63,481 nt of DNA, filler included, from Octopus bimaculoides (GCF_001194135.2; 5 parts of 5 records of this genome joined end to end with filler, not necessarily neighbours in it); one strand, 5' to 3'; positions 36,971 through 50,621 are shown, counted from the whole stretch's first letter. Numbers and translations: made by a program. The notes: generated by a model from the sequence alone, not told the origin.

Positions 36971-37379
36971 TTTGTGTGTGTGTGTGTGTGTGTGTTATTG
37001 GGATACAATCCATTGATTGAAACAAGTGAAAGATAAGTATAAGTAAACATAGGTACGGCAACAACAGAACCAATAACAACAACAATAGTAGACAGTAAAA
37101 ATGCAAGTGCTTACACAGTCACTAGTATTTCTGTAGTAAAATGAAATTAACTCGGATCGACCAAAGCCTTGTAAGTGAAATTTGATGAGTAGAAACTTTG
37201 TTGAAGAGCGTCGAATATACCATGTCCATATTATGTGCGCATAAAATATAAATACATTCATACACATGCATATATATATAATAATATAAATAAAATATAA
37301 ACATATGCATATATCCATACATATATGTACATACCTACATCTATATGTATACATACATGCATATATGGGTACAGGACAT

Positions 37380-37522
37380 CACAAAAATCGTTAAACACAA
37401 TGAGAAACGGAAACATGAAGACAAAAACAGAAAACGAACTTTTTTCGAACGAAAAAAACAGAGAAACGAAACATGCAACATAAAGAGTATAACCCTTCGT
37501 CAGTTGTCCCTGTTCCATCTAC

Positions 37523-37553
<31 letters not shown>

Positions 37554-37700
37554 GCTCGAAATGCGAGAGTAGAGTAACAACCAATAACTGATGAAGGGTC
37601 GTTCTTTATGTTGTTTGTTTTGTTTCCCATTTGTGTCTTTCGTTGCTCGAAAGAATAGTTCATGTTCCATGTACTAGTGCTTCGTACTATTTTGTTGTAC
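37380..37700. repeat. Inverted pair of a short repeat family around a (TA)n spacer
   Basis: The reverse complement of 37462-37505 (aactgacgaagggttatactctttatgttgcatgtttcgtttc) matches 37586-37627 (aactgatgaagggtcgttctttatgttgtttgttttgtttc). A related copy lies at 52520-52657 (-). Confidence 0.75.
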
Positions 37701-37739
37701 ACGTTTCATACCCACATATGCATATATATATATATATTC

Positions 37740-37910
37740 AATTTGTTTTCTCCGTGTTTTTCTCCTTGTCTCCGTATTCTTTCTGTTGAAGAGCGTAACT
37801 CGAAACGTCAAAAACTTTCCGTATTCCCGAGCGTCTTACTAATATATACTTTTGTTATTTACACCACCTGTCCTCGTCTGTTGTTATTATTTGTATATTC
37901 TCCCATATAN
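37740..37910 (+). mobile_element. Short repeat with decayed minimal hammerhead-like motif (PLE terminal-repeat-like)
   Basis: tcttt-ctgttga-a-gagc-gtaa-ctc-gaaa-cgtc at 37778-37809; homologous to 14309-14480. Confidence 0.7.
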
Positions 37911-38099
37911 NNNNNNNNNNNNNNNNNNNNNNNNNNNNNNNNNNNNNNNNNNNNNNNNNNNNNNNNNNNNNNNNNNNNNNNNNNNNNNNNNNNNNNNNNN
38001 NNNNNNNNNNNNNNNNNNNNNNNNNNNNNNNNNNNNNNNNNNNNNGAGAGAGAGAGACAGAGAGAGAGAGAAATAATTATATCTGTGTGTGTGTGCATT

Positions 38100-39000
38100 T
38101 ATATATACAGGTGTGGCGGTAAGGAGTGGGTTCAAAATCATTGCGACAAATAAAGTGAGAGTTTGTACACATAATGATTGATTAATGAAGGATAATGATG
38201 TAAGCGGACTAACAACTAGCACACAACTTTGAACTGATTGGGCCTGAAGATGATAGTCGAAGCAAAATTGACAAGGAAAAAGCTTCTTGGTCGGTTCTTT
38301 GGGCTCCCACGATTCATACAGGAAACGAATCAACACCACGGTATAGATCGCTAATATAATCAAAACAATTTCTGAACATCAGTAAGATTTTAAATTTTCT
38401 AATCCACAGATGATGCCACTTTCAGTAAAGCCATAAGATACTAGACGAGGCGCGGCAACGCAGTCACCACTAAGACAAAATAAAATATTCACCAGAGGCA
38501 TACAATGGCCAATACGACTGATGAAGGAATAAGAATGTGATATGGTACAACCCACCATACTCCGTCATTGTAAAATAAAGTTCTGCAAAATAACTCCCTC
38601 CTAGTAATCAATTCTGCCAGCTGTTCAACACGAAGTGTATGAAAGGGAAATTTAGCTGTATTAGGAACAATGACGCTAACAACAAGAATAACTAACATGA
38701 AACTGTCGTAGCTTAGATACTTGCACTATGAAGGGTAAATTGTTTGAAAGAAATACCGTGTTCCACAGTGGTATATCCTCTAACATTGTCAACCTGCTAT
38801 ATAGGGCTAACAGAAAATACATTCAAAAACAGCTTGCACCAACAAACCAGCTTATACTGTACCGTCACCAGGAAAAAATCAACAGCTCTAAAATGGGTGG
38901 TGTTGGCCGGTACAGATACATCTACGAACCAAATGTGACACAAGCTGTTCTGAGTTACATGCCATCTGTAACAGGCAGAATCTGACATCACCAACATCAA
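38100..39000 (+). mobile_element. Neptune-type Penelope-like element remnant (RT, linker, GIY-YIG endonuclease)
   Basis: GSHDS (MGSYDG motif), TDDA, IWYNPPYS, LFNTKCMKGKFSC, NCRSLDTC and CYIGLTENTFKN (YIG motif). Confidence 0.85.
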
Positions 39001-39148
39001 TTTGTCATCACCATTGTCGCCGTCGTCATCATCTTCATTTCTTTTACTACTTCTCCTTTTCCTCATTATCATCGTCCTCCGCCATTATTTTCGTTTTCAT
39101 CATTATTGCCTTCAGAATCATTGTCTTCGTCATTATCTCAGTCGTCAT

Positions 39149-39182
<34 letters not shown>

Positions 39183-40177
39183 TTCATTATTATTATCATC
39201 ATTCGTTTCTTTATTTAGTATTGTTCCTGTCATATCACATTTGCTCTTATCCTCGAGTCATGTGGTATTCTCATTCTACATTGTTTGTTGCTATTGTTGT
39301 TGTTCCAGTTACGTTACCGTTACTGTTCCTCTTTGTCAACTTCTTCATTATCTTCCTATCCGCCATTTGCAGCTTCTCATCAATGCGCCTTCGTTCTGAA
39401 TCCTTCCTCCTCTGAGTTTGCTGCTTACTTCAATTTAATCATTTCTTCTACTTTCCCTTTTTTATTTCTTTTGATTTTTCATATTCTCTGGATCCCTCAA
39501 CCATTCTTCTTCTTCTTCTTTTTCTTCTTCTTCTTCTTCTTCTCCTTCCGCTTCTTCTTCTTTTTCTTCTTTTTCTGCCTTNNNNNNNNNNNNNNNNNNN
39601 NNNNNNNNNNNNNNNNNNNNNNNNNNNNNNNNNNNNNNNNNNNNNNNNNNNNNNNNNNNNNNNNNNNNNNNNNNNNNNNNNNNNNNNNNNNNNNNNNNNN
39701 NNNNNNNNNNNNNNNNNNNNNNNNNNNNNNNNNNNTCTTCTTCTTCTTCTTCTTCTTCTTCTTCTTCTTCTTCTTCTTCTTCTTCTACTTCTTCTTCTTC
39801 TTTTCTTCTTCTTCTTCTTCTTCTTCTTTTTCTTCTTCTTTTTCTTTTTTGCTTCTTCTTCATCTTTTTGCTACTTCTCTTTCTTCTTCATCTCCACACT
39901 CTTTGTCTCCCTCTCTTCCTCTTCTTCACCTACTCTCTTCCCCATCTTCCTTTAAACATACGCACTAAAACCAAAACAAGTGAGCTAAAAATACAAACAG
40001 GGACGTCCGCTGCTTGATAGCACAATAGTCAAACACACTGCAGTTGTCTATTTTCACAGGAACTTCTCCAATCAAAACAAGGTCATAATCTGAGTGTTCT
40101 GTGTGTTGTAATGGTTCATTACTAACTATCGATTGGACTTTTTGTCATTTCCTTATTATTTTTTTTTTTGGTATCAG

Positions 40178-40269
<92 letters not shown>

Positions 40270-40306
40270 GCATCATCATCATCATTATTATTATTATTAT
40301 TATTAT

Positions 40307-40344
<38 letters not shown>

Positions 40345-40789
40345 ACAGTAATAATAGTGGTAGTGGTAGTTGCAGTAGCAGCTATGTTGGTGGTTGAAGT
40401 GACTGTTGTTATTTATGTACTATCATCATCATCATCATCATCACCACCATCATCACCACCACCATCATCACCACCATTATCATGATGATGATCATCATCT
40501 TCACCATCATCATCCCCACCACCACCACCACCACCACCACCACTACCACCATCATCATCGTCATCATCATCATCATCATCATCATCATCACCACCACCGC
40601 CACCACAGCCACCGCCACCACAGCCACCACCACCACCANNNNNNNNNNNNNNNNNNNNNNNNNNNNNNNNNNNNNNNNNNNNNNNNNNNNNNNNNNNNNN
40701 NNNNNNNNNNNNNNNNNNNNNNNNNNCCATCATCATCATCATCGTCATCATCATCACCACCACCGCCACCGCCACCACAGCCACCACAG

Positions 40790-40843
<54 letters not shown>

Positions 40844-41130
40844 ATATCATCATCATCATTATAATTATTATTATTATTATGATACCTGAGAGAAAAACGA
40901 GACTATTTATTAATCAGGACCAATCATTACATGGCCATTTGAAGTTCATCCCGAAATCAATGAGATCTTTTGTTTGTTTCTTTCCTTCCATTAAAGAAGA
41001 CATTTGTTTTCACTGCTGCTGTTGTTGTTCTTGTCATCATCACCATCATCGTCATCGTCGTAGTCGTCGTCGTCGTCGTCGTTGTTGTTGTTGTTGTTGT
41101 GGTTGTTGTTGTTATTACTGTTGCCACCAT
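39000..41130. repeat. Compound trinucleotide low-complexity tract (TCG/TTC/ATT/ATC/AGT/ACC/TTG)
   Basis: Directly visible; includes a pyrimidine-only (TTC)n stretch at about 39505-39950 with a gap. Confidence 0.95.
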
Positions 41131-41164
41131 ATTTCTTTTAACATTTGCTCGCGCGGTTGTATAA

Positions 41165-41307
41165 ATGTGTGCTCATGCTTGTGTGTACTGGTGTAGGAGA
41201 TGCGTACGTGCGTGTGTATATGTGTGTGTGTGTGTGGGTGTGTGTATGTGTGGAATGTATATGTGTGTGTCTGAGTGTGTGTGTGTTTGCGTGTGTACGA
41301 GTGTAGT

Positions 41308-41344
<37 letters not shown>

Positions 41345-41637
41345 AACGCGATATGTTTAATTATGAACGTCTGTATGCATGCATGCATGCATGTATGTAT
41401 GTACATGTGTGCATGTGTGTATGTATGTATGTATGTATGTATGTATGTATGTATTTATGTATGTATGTATGTATAAAAGTGTTTTATATATATGCCTGTC
41501 TGTCTCTATATTCATGTGCAAGTCTGTATGCATTTATGCTTGCTTATATGCATGCATGTATATATGTATGCATGCATTTTTGTAAGAATGTTTGTGTGCA
41601 TGCGTGTATATCTTTGCATGGATATATTTATGCACGT

Positions 41638-41692
<55 letters not shown>

Positions 41693-42303
41693 ATGTGTGT
41701 GTGCTTGTATGAGTATAGGTATGTATGTGTATTCATGTGAGTATTTGTATGTATCTAAGTCTGTGTTTGCATATAAGCACGTATGTATGTATGAATGCAT
41801 GATGACTGCATCCACGTATGCATGTATGTAGGCACGAATACGTTTGCATATATGTATCAACGTGTGTTTGCATGTACACATGCAGGGAAGCTTACATCTA
41901 TGCACGTATGATTGTACGCATGTTTGCATCCTTACATCTATGTATTCATATGTTAGACGTTTATATATAAATATGCATGTTTGAATAAGTGAATGTTCAC
42001 GTGTCTAAGAATATATTTGTGCATGCATGTATAAAATATGGTATGTTCGCATATGTGTACGTATTTCTGCGTGTCTGTGTTTAAAAAGAGAAGGGAAGAA
42101 CAGAGAATGAATCAAAGAGATTTGGTAAAAGAGCCTTTAATTTTCCAACTCTTTTGTTTTATTCTACTCTTCATTCGTTCATTTTCACCTTTTTACTGTC
42201 TTCCTTGTCTCTCTTTTCCCCTCTCTCTTTCTCTCTTTCGCTTTCTCTCACACACACTCTCTCTCTCTCAATCTCTATCTATCTACTTATCTCTCTCTCT
42301 CAC

Positions 42304-42351
<48 letters not shown>

Positions 42352-42487
42352 ACTATCTATCTATTTATCTATCTGGTGTCTGTCTGTCTCTCTATTAGTT
42401 TGCATTTGATGTTACAAAACGCCGAACTGATAATCATTAGAACTATATCGATTTATACCATAATGTACCTAGGTTATCATCATCATT

Positions 42488-42523
<36 letters not shown>

Positions 42524-42542
42524 GTCATCGTCATCGTCGTCG

Positions 42543-42612
<70 letters not shown>

Positions 42613-42620
42613 GCTTCTCA
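41165..42620. repeat. Degenerate (TG)/(TATG)/(TA), (CT)/(TATC), (CAT)/(TAT) microsatellite field
   Basis: Directly visible. Confidence 0.93.
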
Positions 42621-43069
42621 TTGTCATAATTTCTCAATGTGTGAGAATGATGTTGATTCAGTTTCAGCAATTTTGCCGTCTTATTTAATTAATAATTAAC
42701 TACATGACTCTCCTGTTCAGAAAAAACTTGTATTTTTTATGGTTGTTTTTTTTTTTTTTTTCGATCTTTGTGTATTTTTCTTCTATTCTTGTATTCTATC
42801 ATTTGTGTATTCTTCTCTACTTGGAGTTACGATATGTAAACGAAAGGTTCGTGTTCATACATGTTCATTTAGATTACTTATAAATAGTAACCAAATCGAT
42901 TTAAAATTCACATATTGCCGTCTTAAATATAGACGGGCCCATTGGTAAATTTAGTTCTAGTTCTTGATATTCAATGTCTGAAAAAGAAGATGGATTGGAT
43001 AGAATGGCTAAAGCCAGAACGCATTCAAGGCAGATTACAGGATGAATGCTGCCTTAGTGTTAAACAATA

Positions 43070-43445
43070 AAAATAGGTTCTGATTTTTGTCACAAGGCTT
43101 GCAGCTTTGAAGGAGGAGTTAAAAGTTCATCAAATCAACTCCAATGCTCAACTGGTATTTATTTTATCGACCTCGAAAGGGTAAAAGGCAAATTCGACCT
43201 CGGCGGAATTTGAATTCTGAATGGAAAGCAAGAAGAAATGCCGTAAGGCATGCTAACGATTCTGCCAGCTAACCGCATAAACACTAATGACAGTTTCTGA
43301 TTTTTTTTATTTTTTATACATGGTTTGCTGTTTTGAAGGATGAGGGGATAGTTAATACAATCAACTCCGGTATTTGATTGATACTTATTTGATCGACTCC
43401 GAAAAGATGAAAAGTAAAGTTGACTCAGTATGATTTGAACTCAGA
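43070..43445 (-). mobile_element. Two tandem SINE B copies; the second is truncated at the RTE junction
   Basis: aaggcaaattcgacctcggcggaatttgaa.. at about 43185 and gatgaaaagtaaagttgac..tttgaactcag at about 43408. Confidence 0.8.
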
Positions 43446-43770
43446 ATACAAGCGTCCGAAATGGGATTCCTCCAAAGTATCCCTGGAGTAACGTTACTCG
43501 GCAAGATGCATAGTTCGGAGATCAGGGTATCTCTCCGGGTCGAAATGCTATGTCTCCGCATTGGAAGAGCGCAGTTCCGGCACTAAGGGCATGTGATTAG
43601 AATACCGCAGGAAAAGAGTGTAAAACAGATTCTTGAAGCCGAGCCAACCGGCAGAAGACCTAGAGGTAGACCAAGAACGAGATGATTGAAACATATAGTC
43701 TCACTTGGTTATGCTTGAGAATCCAGTCGGAAAATGCAATGACGGTTACACTGATAGAAACATATGGAGC
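43446..43770 (+). mobile_element. 5'-truncated RTE-clade LINE (C-terminal ORF end)
   Basis: IQASEMGFLQSIPGVTLLGKMHSSEIRVSLRVE...QFRH*GHVIRIPQEKSVKQILEAEPTGRRPRGRPRTR*; both stops fall at conserved Trp-region positions. Confidence 0.88.
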
Positions 43771-44139
43771 GGGTGACCAGGAATAGTGGGAGGAGAAGAT
43801 GGATAAATGAATGTAAAGAACCGGAAGACACACCACAAATATTTTTTTCCGACGCTGTTATCGATTTTGTCTGTTCACCGCCTTCCATCTCCGAAATAAT
43901 AATAATAATCTCTAGTGATGACGAACCGGCTGAGATCTATCTATGAGATCGAACTGCTTGAAATAACACTTGGATATCATTGAAATCATATAAAGTCGAC
44001 TTTAAGAAGGCAAGACATTAGAAAATGTAATTCTTGATATGTACAAAAACAAGATGGTCATTGTAGGAACGCCTTTGATCAGGGATAACTTGTAAGTAAA
44101 CGACATCAGTGACAAACACAGATGAAAAAGAAAAATGCT

Positions 44140-44312
44140 TGAATTAACGAAAAGTAAAATCGTTAAAGCGCCAGGCAAAGTACTATCTGATATTTCTGGC
44201 GGTTCTTTGGGTTCTGGGTTCGAATCTAGCAGAGGTCAACTTTGCTTTTTATTCCTCCAAGGTCGATAAAATAAAGTACCAGTAAAGTATTGGAGTCGAT
44301 GTAATCGACTGG
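44140..44312 (+). mobile_element. SINE family B copy
   Basis: aatcgttaaagcgccagg...gggttcgaatct..gaggtcaactttgc..aaggtcgataaaataaagtaccag. Confidence 0.75.
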
Positions 44313-44334
44313 GAGATCTTTACCCTTTGAACGG

Positions 44335-45030
44335 CACATCGAAAAATGAATTTTTTGTAACTAAACACTTTCAAACTTCGGACACTGGTAGAATGTCTCA
44401 TATAAAACATCTTTTACTCTTAGTGTTGTTGAGAAAATTTTGTATTTTCAAAGTTATTTCGTGTTAAAGTTGTTGTATTTCGGTAATTTCAACCAATCAA
44501 TGACGTGTATTCTGCTGAATAAAATTACTGCTGTTGTTTGTCAACAACAACTTCCGGTGGTTTTATATTTGGTTTGTCACTGTTATTTATGACATATTTC
44601 ATCTCAGTTACGTTTGTATGAATACACGAGTGTATCTGAAGCATGTTTGCTTCATGGCACCACCACAATCGTTCGTGCAGTTCTACTGCTTTTAGTTTGT
44701 TTTTTTTTCCTGTTCTTCAACTACTATTTTCGGAAAGACATTTCGACTGGGCTCTTACTCGTAAATTTACTGGCTTTGAGCCAGACTTTGATATCGTTGT
44801 TATTTGAACCCTCCCCTTGATATTCTCTCGCATGCAGGCGATACGATACCCTTAAAGCCAGGAACTTTTCAGCACCCCCTCGTATGTATGTATCTATGTA
44901 TGGATGTATGTACGAAGTGGAAGCTAGAATTTGTCATTTTGAAAACCGCTGTCCCAAGATATCTAAAATCCCTAATTTGTTGTATAACCCAGAACGAAAT
45001 AAAGATAAATAAGTCGGAGGGAAAATCGGT
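44335..45030. repeat. Unclassified probable nonautonomous DNA-transposon-derived repeat
   Basis: Non-coding and CpG-retaining, wedged between two SINE B copies. The motif tttttgtaactaaacactttcaaacttcggacactggtagaatg was recognised from memory as repetitive. Ends not defined. Confidence 0.35.
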
Positions 45031-45387
45031 ACGTCGATGTACTTAGTTGTGTACCTTTACGTTTTGAGTTCAAATCCTGCTAGAGATTTTTGTATTTCAG
45101 CCTGCGAGAAGATCGATGAAATAAAGCACAAATCAAGAAGTGAGATAAATCTAATCGACTATTCTCATCCCCAAAATTTGAGGTCACGTGTCTATGTAAG
45201 AAATCGATATTCTAAAAAGCATAAAATACTTCATAAAATAATTCATGCTACAGCGTCTGTATGTGAGTGTTAACATCGAAAGTTAATTATTGAAAGAGAA
45301 AGAAAGCAAGAAAGAAAGAAAGAAAGGAAGAAAGAAAGAAAGAACGAAAGAAAGAACGAAAGAAAGAACGAAAGAAAGAACGAACGA

Positions 45388-45443
<56 letters not shown>

Positions 45444-46828
45444 AAACAAGAAAGAAAGAAAGAATAATAATGTTTTTTTTACTATTTGGAATTAATTCTT
45501 TATCAAGCAAGTCACAGTGCTCAAGTTATACATTCAGTAAACTGTTAGTTGCGAATTAAAAGACAACAGGCATACCTCAACTTACGTCGTTTCAAGTTAC
45601 ATCCTTTTCGTTTTTAGAAGTTTTTTTTTTCTTTTTTATGGGAGGTGGAGTTAAAGAAATTACTTGTAAAAATAAATCTCAATTTCGGTCGGTCTATCAG
45701 ACTTTTACGTCAGACCCAGCGAACATTTAAAAGCATAAAACATTATAAACACGTCTGAAACCAATACCAAAGAGGAAAATCAAAAAAATACATATAAAAA
45801 TATGTACAAACCTTTTATTATTACAGATATGAACTAATAAAATTTTTTTATAATGTTTGTTTGTCGTGCTTTTAAAATGTTGTTCCGCTTTTTGAGTTAA
45901 GTCTTGGAACCAATTACCAACGCAAGTGAGATCTGCCTGTATTTCTCTATAACAAATTGTTTTAATAGAATTCAAAGAATTTCTTTTTTTTTCCTTTTTT
46001 TACACTGAAACTGTTTGCAGTTCTGTTGAGTAACCGATTCTGGGCATATTATTACTAGTATCTTTTCAATCAACTATTAGACTGTTATTTTTTATTGATG
46101 CAAAAATATTAACTAATGTATTGCCCTTGAAAAGACGACGAGTAAAAATAATATTCATTTGAGTTGAGAACCAACAAGGACAAAGCACAATATTATAAAA
46201 CAATAGTGTTCTCTAATGTTCCTTCTTCAAAGTCGTTTGTTAATGTCTCATTGTCTTATACTTGTGTTTGAAATCGATTCAATCAATAACCTGCATGGCA
46301 AATATTTGCAAAAATCCATTGAATCAACCCTCTGTATTACTTTTATTTCTTTCATTGTCCAAAGAATGAAATAAAAAGCTGTCTTCGGCGGAATTTGAAA
46401 GTAACGTGTCTACCAATTGCCATCAGCATATATTACTGAAAATGCTGATTTTTCAAAATAGCCGTTTATGTATCATGCTTAACCTATATATATAACGTTG
46501 ACGAATAAGATGCGATGTTGTGTTTTTTTTGTTTTTTTTTTGTCTGAGAGGACATCTCTTTATAGACATTTGTTAAAAACACAATATATATCGGAGACGA
46601 ACATCGTCTCAACGTTTCAATCATCTTGAGCCCATCATCATATGTAGGAAACAATGAATAAGGCATTCGCTGATATTTCAGAAAGCCACTGGGCTGGGAA
46701 AAAAACTCTATGTATGCAACTGAAGCAACATTAAATTAAAATAGCCATCTATGTCACATACCTAAAGTATATACAGTATTGAATGGCATGGAGCTGTGTT
46801 TTTGTCTGAGAGAAAATTTCTTCATAGA

Positions 46829-46988
46829 TATGGCTGTGTGGTAAGAAGCTTACTTCCCGACTACATGACCACATGGCTCCAGGTTCAGTCCCACTGCGTG
46901 TGACTTTCGGCAAGTGTCTTCTACGATAGCCTCGGACTGACTACAGCTTCGCGAGTGGATTTAATAGATGGAAACTGAAAGAAGCCCG

Positions 46989-47024
<36 letters not shown>

Positions 47025-47261
47025 GAGTGTGTGCGTGTGCGTGCGTGTCTTTGTGTCTGCGTTTTTCCCCACCATCGCTTGACAACCGGTGTTGGTAGGT
47101 CTACGTCCTCTGTACCTTAGTGGTTCAGTAAAAGTGACCAATAGAATAAGTACCAAAAAGAAATAAGTACTCGAATCGTTTCGTTTTGACTAAAAATTCT
47201 TCAAGGTGATATGCTCCAGCATGGCCACCGTCTAATGACTGAAACAAGTAAAAAATAAAAG
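46829..47261 (+). mobile_element. SINE family A, full length
   Basis: Head ggctgtgtggtaagaagc, core gtgactttcggcaagtgtc, tail ccagcatggccaccgtctaatgactgaaac. Confidence 0.9.
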
Positions 47262-47426
47262 ATAGATAGCTAATACCGTGTTAAAAGCACAGTAGATATA
47301 GAAGAGAGACGAATATCGTACCAGCAGTGGCCCAGACGTTCAGCCAAAAAACCTTCTGCAATATGTGTCTTTCACTCTCTCTTACATATCGAAGACAAGT
47401 TTTGTCTTGGTTCGTGACTAAGACGT

Positions 47427-47470
47427 ACACAGCACTGACAAGGCTGGAGAAAGCCGAAACGTGTCTAATG
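47427..47470 (+). ncRNA. Decayed minimal type I hammerhead ribozyme motif
   Basis: CTGACAA-GGCT-ggagaa-AGCC-GAAA-CGTG-TC: perfect stem II and GAAA...GUC. The core differs from CUGACGA by G8A and stem I is only partly paired. Confidence 0.5.
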
Positions 47471-47569
47471 ATCACCTGGGTGACTGTTGAGACGATGCTG
47501 GTCCCACTATGATATACGCTGTCGAGGGCTCAGGTAATATAAATGTTAATTCATAATTACTATCTCATT

Positions 47570-47775
47570 TAATGCGGCGAGCAGGCAGAATCGTTAAGCA
47601 CGCCGGGCGAAATGTTTAGCAGTATTTCGCCCGTCGCTACGTTCTGAGTTCAAATTCCGCCGAGGTCGACTTTGCCTTTCATCTTTTCGGGGTCGATAAA
47701 TTAAGTACCAGTGAAACACTGGGGTCGATGTGATCTATTAGTCCCCTCCTCACAAAATTTCTGGCTTTGTAGTAG
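47570..47775 (+). mobile_element. SINE family B, young CpG-rich copy
   Basis: gcggcgagcaggcagaatcgttaagcacgccgggcgaaatg...gagttcaaattccgccgaggtcgac. Confidence 0.92.
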
Positions 47776-47844
47776 AGTTTGAAGAATTTGGAGTAGTAAA
47801 CTGATTAGTACTGTTCATTTTCTTCTGTCTTCTTGGTTTTTGCA

Positions 47845-48282
47845 AGAGTTTCAGCTAGAGGACTACAGTCATGTTGGCACACCGCTTTGATCGCCTCAGT
47901 ACTTATTTTAAAGTCTGCTACTTATTTTATCGGTCTGTTTTGCCAAACCGCTATATTACGTGCGACGTAAACTAAGTAATACCAGTTGTCAAGTGGTGAT
48001 GGGGACGAACACGTACACAAAGACACAGTTTTACTTCTTTTAACGTCAGACTAATAATATTAACTGTGAACGTCTCTTGAAATTCCCTTGTTGGTTATTT
48101 TTGTTTCTATTTGATTATACGTGTGCGTGAGTGTGTGATTGCGTATGTTTGAGTGCATATACATACATACACACACACACACATATATATATGTGTATGC
48201 CTATATGTATGTATGTGTGTATGTTTATATGTATGTGTGTGCGTGTGTATATATATATACATATATGCATATACACAAACAC

Positions 48283-48354
<72 letters not shown>

Positions 48355-48836
48355 NNNNNNNNNNNNNNNNNNNNNNNNNNNNNNNNNNNNNNNNNNNNNN
48401 NNNNNNNNNNNNNNNNNNNNNNNNNNNNNNNNNNNNNNNNNNNNNNNNNNNNNNNNNNNNNNNNNNNNNNNNNNNNNNNNNNNNNNNNNNNNNNNNNNNN
48501 NNNNNNNNNNNNNNNNNNNNNNNNNNNNNNNNNNNNNNNNNNNNNNNNNNNNNNNNNNNNNNNNNNNNNNNNNNNNNNNNNNNNNNNNNNNNNNNNNNNN
48601 NNNNNNNNNNNNNNTGATTATACGTGTGCGTGAGTGTGTGATTGCGTATGTTTGAGTGCATATACATACATACATAAATACATACATGCATACATACTAT
48701 ATTCACACACAAGGCACTGGTCGGCCTCGGGCTATAGTAGAAAACATCTGCTCAAGGTGCCATGCAGTGGAACTGAACCCGAAACCATATAGTTGCAATG
48801 CAAGCCTCTTAACCATACAGTCATGCCTGCGCCTCA
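47845..48836 (-). mobile_element. SINE family A split by a greatly expanded internal microsatellite and a gap
   Basis: Tail half at 47845-48012 and head half at 48705-48836, both on the minus strand. Confidence 0.7.
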
Positions 48837-50568
48837 CTGAGTAAGTCTGGTTGTTATTTGATTTCAATTTTGGTTGATCAATTAATGAGAGAGAATATAT
48901 TGATGAGAAGTAAAGGAGTATTGAATAGAAGATGAAAGACTCGGTGAACTCCAGCTTGTGATATTAACACTGAGAAATGATGCGTGGCATGGGTGACAAC
49001 AAGGAGACATATAAGTGTGGTAAATAGAATGGTGTTGTTATTATCGTCATCGTTGTTGTTGTTGTTGTAGTTGTTGAGGCTCAGGAAAACTCTGATTGAG
49101 CAGACCTGTTACCAAGTGCATTCCGACAGTGACCGTCACGTCTTTTGGGGAGTTTCTGAATCTATATCAGTCAATGTTAATTTTAAGATGGTAGAACTCT
49201 GAGTTGAAAGAGATTTGGTCATCATTTCTTGTATAATGTGAAACCAGGTAGAGTCTCCCTGCGTCACTGAGATTGCACGTTTTGAGGGAAAAGTGTAGAA
49301 ATGGACAAAACTCACATGCAACGGAGTAAAACTGCAGTTTAACAATAAACGAAAGACGCGTGAGTGAAAAGGTTTGTCTATTAGAGGCCAGCCTGTTCTT
49401 TCAAGCAATCTACAATATTGTCTCCTTACTGTATTTAATGTGATATTGATGTTCCTACGGATTTGCTTTTCCTTTCATTGCTGACAGAATTGCAATAATC
49501 TTTAATTTAACATAAAACATCTAACCAATTGCCAATTATTTGTGTGATGGGAAAACTTGTTGCAGCTTCCATCAAGCAAGAGAATCTATCTTTCTCTCAT
49601 GGCAATTACTTAATCTAAAGCTTCATTATTTAATCTAAAGCAAAACGAATGAAATTTTAATTGGTTATACCAAGGGATATCAAACGGAGCATAAATCTCA
49701 AAGGCCAGATGGGATCAATTACTTCTAAAAACCTTAATTTTGATGCAATCAAAAGTAAATGAAAAGGAGTCAATAAGCATTATAACTTTATTAACAATAA
49801 AGAAAGGAAATATGTAAGGTGTTAGGAAAATTTGACTGCAGAGATGGCTGGGGAAAATTCCGCCACTTATATCATGATTTATTGAGTGAATGAAAAAACT
49901 ATGCCAACTGTAAAATTATATAGTACAATAAATATTGTTTTGGTAGGATAATGCAAGCTGTTGCCTTTCAACTTGTCTCGATAGGGTTAAATGTTTGTTT
50001 GGTGCTTACTATTTACTATATTTTGATAAGTTCTACCTCCACACGCCTTTGTGTACGAGGCTGCTTGATTTAATGACTTGTTATAGAACCTGATATCTCA
50101 AACTGCCTTTATATTCACAACCTTGTTCAACTATCTTTGTTTGGCTAATTGCTCGGAGACATCCCCACCTTAAATTTCTTCAATGCTGGTGTTCTGATTA
50201 GGAATTTGGCTTGTTGAATATCTTCTATTTAATAAAGAGATCATTGCTCACTTGTTTTACCTAAATGCCTGATGAATTGGGAGTTGTGTAACGCATTACA
50301 TAATATAATTAATTGCATTATGCTTATGACAAAATAAAAAGTAAGGAAACAATTGTAGCAATACCAGATAATTCATTCGTCTGTTCATATATATATATAT
50401 ATATATANNNNNNNNNNNNNNNNNNNNNNNNNNNNNNNNNNNNNNNNNNNNNNNNNNNNNNNNNNNNNNNNNNNNNNNNNNNNNNNNNNNNNNNNNNNNN
50501 NNNNNNNNNNNNNNNNNNNNNNNNNNNNNNNNNNNNNNNNNNNNNNNNNNNNNNNNNTAGATATAGAT

Positions 50569-50621
<53 letters not shown>

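Noticed and set aside
39462-40889. Poly-His/Glu/Ser/Lys/Met ORFs (also 4016-4273, 26068-26287, 56071-56435)
   Set aside because: Pure trinucleotide microsatellites are open in several frames on both strands; there are no splice signals or unique coding sequence.
48112-48674. 60-bp direct repeat (48112-48171 and 48615-48674)
   Set aside because: The second copy begins exactly at a contig edge after a gap; most likely an uncollapsed contig overlap or haplotype, not a real duplication.
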